Positions 62,897 to 64,000 of a DNA stretch of 64,000 nt are shown piece by piece (position 1 is the first letter of the stretch; the number at the start of each line of letters is the position of its first letter). The position numbers were made by a program, and so were the translations under genes. The notes below the pieces were generated by a model, which searched no databases, was not told the DNA's origin, and saw only the letters and a program-made list of their open reading frames with translations. The stretch is from Mytilus trossulus. Its lineage: Eukaryota. Location: the NCBI RefSeq assembly GCF_036588685.1, contig NC_086380.1:75826001-75890000 (forward strand), written 5' to 3'.

Positions 62897-64000
62897 TATG
62901 TTTCAGTTGAGATTGCATTTTAAGGATGTACTTTGGTCAGATTTAAGAACTTCCGTCAGATGTTCGATCTCCTTGATTTTATTTGTTTGATACAGGATAA
63001 AGTATCTTGCCCAATAATACTCATTTTTTCATATAAGAGTTCATTAAATCATAAAAGTTTAGTAAGTAAAATTCAAGCAGATTCTAGATTTATATAATTT
63101 GAGATATAATTAGTTATAGCAGTGCAATTAAAATATAAGGTAATAGGCTGAGGCAGCTTATTTTCCGCCGTTGTAAAAACTTAAAAAATAAAAAATATCT
63201 GGAATACGGGCTTCACAACATGTCATTGATTTTAGCTTATTTTGTTTCTTAACTTTTGACTTTAATTTTCAATATTAAGTTCTATATTGTTTTCATTGTA
63301 TTCATTTATCAGTTAAAGACAAATTGACAATTGAATTAACCAGTTAGTTCAATCAAAGCAAGATATGATTTGTTCATTTTTTTTATTATTTTTGTTTGTG
63401 TGCACATCCTGTTTGTTAGAATCTTGTTATTGTGAAACTCCTATAAATTTAATCAACGATGGTTTATCGATGCGTTTTCATTGTTTAAAGACAAACATGG
63501 TGTTGTTCCAGCAGTTAAAATAGCAAATAACATTATGTTCAAATGCATAGTTCGTTTTTTGGAATGTCTATCTAAAGACTTTTAAAGAGTTTGCAGCGAA
63601 TCTGAGAATCTGACTTATACCCATATATTATTCACGAAAGAGAATATTTTAGTAACTTACTAATCTATCGTTTTCTCCTTTTATATTTAACACAATTCCA
63701 ATCGTTCTGCATAACCCTCTGTCTTACCCATGATTGCAAATGTCTGCGTTAGGGCACCTGTAATGATGATTATAAGTTTGTTCTGGTAAATTTAAAAAAA
63801 GTTAAATACAGAATCTTTTAATCAAACTTTTCCGTTCTAATGCTTTTTCTTAATCTTGATGTTTGTTTCTGTCAACGATTTATATCAATCCATTAAGGTT
63901 ATCATGTTAAAAAGAATCACTGGCTAATGATGCCTGAAAAAGATTGACATTATAATGTATGTTATAGAATATATGTTGTTGTTTGTCTTTCCCCGAACTG

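Noticed and set aside
1-64000. tRNA, rRNA or other structured RNA genes
   Set aside because: None recognised by eye; tRNAscan-SE or Infernal would be needed to exclude them.

Overview
AT-rich eukaryotic genomic DNA, most likely from a bivalve mollusc (Mytilus-like; inferred from the gene and repeat families, not from a database search). It contains no prokaryotic features. The core of the window is a tandem cluster of four paralogous RING-less TRIM-like genes (B-box1, B-box2, coiled coil, beta-propeller; single coding exon, + strand) in progressive decay: copy 1 is intact (21035-22684), copy 2 has one 2-bp frameshift (37008-38655), copy 3 has several lesions (47832-49490) and copy 4 is a fragment (about 60220-62215). 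Upstream of copies 1 and 2, a ~1.5-kb unit carrying a putative promoter, non-coding first exon and splice donor is tandemly amplified (3x and 4x). The cluster is surrounded and interrupted by transposons. These are an apparently intact two-gene PIF/Harbinger element (4381-9892), a decayed Ginger2-type integrase transposon with TIRs and a 4-bp TSD (10994-14562), a 4.1-kb TIR element with a Sola2-like remnant (29483-33588), a structurally complete but mutated Ngaro tyrosine-recombinase retrotransposon with split direct repeats and an SGNH hydrolase (52420-58753), a second DIRS/Ngaro relic (608-3880), Penelope-like RT fragments and many MITE-like or foldback elements.
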